Below, piece after piece: positions 62,759 to 64,000 of a stretch of 64,000 nt of DNA. The stretch's first letter is position 1; the number at the start of each line of letters is the position of its first letter. The position numbers and the translations under genes were made by a program. The notes under the pieces were generated by a model. The model saw nothing but the letters and a program-made list of their open reading frames with translations. It was not told the DNA's origin and ran no database searches. This DNA is from Dehalococcoidia bacterium. GTDB taxonomy: Bacteria; Chloroflexota; Dehalococcoidia; Bin125. The stretch is taken from positions 2,183,547 to 2,247,546 of the forward strand of contig OZ244584.1 of NCBI GenBank assembly GCA_965218115.1, read 5' to 3'.

Positions 62759-64000
62759 TCAGGTACGCGCCTGCCGGCGGCGTTCAGCCCGGGTGCGCGC
62801 GACGGGCGCCGTCCCGTGGGCTCGCTCCAGCGCCTCGCGCATCGGCATCGTTCTGACGGCCGAGTTGCGGACTCCCTTCTGATACGCCGCCCAGGCCTTG
62901 GCCTCGTCGCTGGACAGTTCCCGGCGAGCGGCGGTGGGGACGCGCAAGCCCACGAGCATCGAAGTGTAGCCTTCGTACTCGAAGTAATCGCCCCGGATCA
63001 GCCGGCTCAGCAAGCGCGACGGACCGACCCGTTCGTAGGCCTCCACCAACTCCGTCGCTCCACCTAGCGATATCTCCGCTCGGCAGTGACGCCAGAACGG
63101 CGTGTCCGAGTGGTGGTTGTACTTGTAGTGCAACGCCAGGAAGTCGCGCACATCGTCCCAGCCCGTCTGGAAGGCCGTGTTGAGCAGATCTCGCAGGCCC
63201 GGAGTGGGCGCCGCGTCCGTATCAATCAGCCCGTCGGCGAGCTTGTAGAGCTGCTCGACGATCAGGTGCAGCGCCGTCGCCTCCAATGGCTCGACGAAGC
63301 CGGATGCATTGCCCACGGCGAAGACGTTGCGAACCCAGTGGCGCGCATAGCGGCCGCTGGGAAACTCGATCACACGCAGGTCGTCGCCCAGCTCGGGATT
63401 CTTCGCCTGTAGCTCTTGCGCCGCGTCTTCGTCCGAGCAGAACGCGGAGGAGAACACGTAGCCGCGGGTGACGAGGTCCGGGAAGTCGATCCGCCAGGCC
63501 CAGCCGTGGTCCATCGTCGACGCCGTCGTGTAGGGCAGGATCTGGTCATCCCGCTGCCAGGAGCCGATCACCGCCCGGTCGCAGAAGAGCGTGTCCGCGT
63601 AGCTCAGGTAGGGCTCCCCCAGCACCTCTCCCAACAAGAGTGAACGGAATCCGGTGCAGTCGATGAAGAGGTCGCCCGCGACCTCGCGCCCGCTCTTCAG
63701 CCGCAGCCGTTCAATATCACCCGATTCCGCCCGCACCACATCCTGCACTTCGTCCTCGATCAGGCTGGCGCCTGACTTGAGCGACTGGCGCCGCAAATAG
63801 TCGATGAATCGGTCGTTCGGGAGGTGGTACGCCGCGCGAGGATCGATGGCGAATTGACGGCCCTCCAGCGTGGCCGGCGAGCGGCCCCGGTCCATCATTG
63901 CGTTGAAGACGCTGCAATCCTTCTGATCCGCCAGGCAGTAGTAGGCGGCCCGCTTGTCGAGGCCGGGAACGTGTTGCTCAAGATAGCGATCGAACGAGTA
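62759..64000 (-). CDS. flavin-dependent (tryptophan-type) halogenase family protein, N-terminus beyond the window
   Basis: FIDCTGFRSLLLGE, DHGWAWRIDFPD (WxWxI motif), AVGNASGFVEPLEATALHLI. The reading frame stays open upstream of the ORF-track ATG (63898) to the window edge (...VPGLDKRAAYYCLADQKDCSVFNAMM...). Confidence 0.85.
   Translation of the reverse strand, partial: YSFDRYLEQHVPGLDKRAAYYCLADQKDCSVFNAMMDRGRSPATLEGRQFAIDPRAAYHLPNDRFIDYLRRQSLKSGASLIEDEVQDVVRAESGDIERLRLKSGREVAGDLFIDCTGFRSLLLGEVLGEPYLSYADTLFCDRAVIGSWQRDDQILPYTTASTMDHGWAWRIDFPDLVTRGYVFSSAFCSDEDAAQELQAKNPELGDDLRVIEFPSGRYARHWVRNVFAVGNASGFVEPLEATALHLIVEQLYKLADGLIDTDAAPTPGLRDLLNTAFQTGWDDVRDFLALHYKYNHHSDTPFWRHCRAEISLGGATELVEAYERVGPSRLLSRLIRGDYFEYEGYTSMLVGLRVPTAARRELSSDEAKAWAAYQKGVRNSAVRTMPMREALERAHGTAPVARTRAERRRQART

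Overview
This is a visibly high-GC bacterial chromosomal segment (roughly two-thirds G+C by eye, not computed). It is densely coding, with about 45 protein genes. I saw no rRNA, tRNA, CRISPR array, integrase or transposase.

Most of the window is core housekeeping:
- prs, and groES-groEL behind a sigma70-like promoter plus CIRCE operator
- rpoB-rpoC, tsaD, and lexA with a GAAC-N4-GTTC box
- holA, dnaN, and a sirC-hemC-cobA/hemD-hemB block
- lepB-pyrE and purA
- two paralogous Dpp/Opp-type ABC importers and an unlinked Dpp/Opp ATPase
- an acyl-CoA carboxyltransferase, a crotonase, an epoxide hydrolase, and a flavin-dependent halogenase truncated by the right edge

CIRCE, a Cheo-type SOS box, large lineage-specific RpoB/RpoC insertions and Tat-lipoprotein binding proteins would fit a Chloroflexota/Thermomicrobia-like or other high-GC lineage. 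That is inference only.

Two regions stand out:
1. A single 10.1-kb gene (32698-42825, minus strand) wedged between dnaN and holA. It encodes a 3,375-aa secreted mosaic protein: S8-type protease, CSLREA/beta-helix, four ~110-aa repeats, cadherin arrays, an embedded PQQ-sugar-dehydrogenase-like propeller, a five-blade WSDG propeller and a cadherin-like sandwich.
2. An uncharacterised neighbourhood at 22905-28230. It holds a degenerate PP2C-like/TM/NHL-like propeller membrane protein, divergent from a four-gene putative operon (small protein, TM-TPR protein, tandem Cys/His zinc-finger protein, HTH protein).

I found no convincing defence island, prophage or mobile element. All product calls come from motifs read by eye in the supplied translations; no database search was run. 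Many long ORFs in the track are antisense artefacts of the high GC content.
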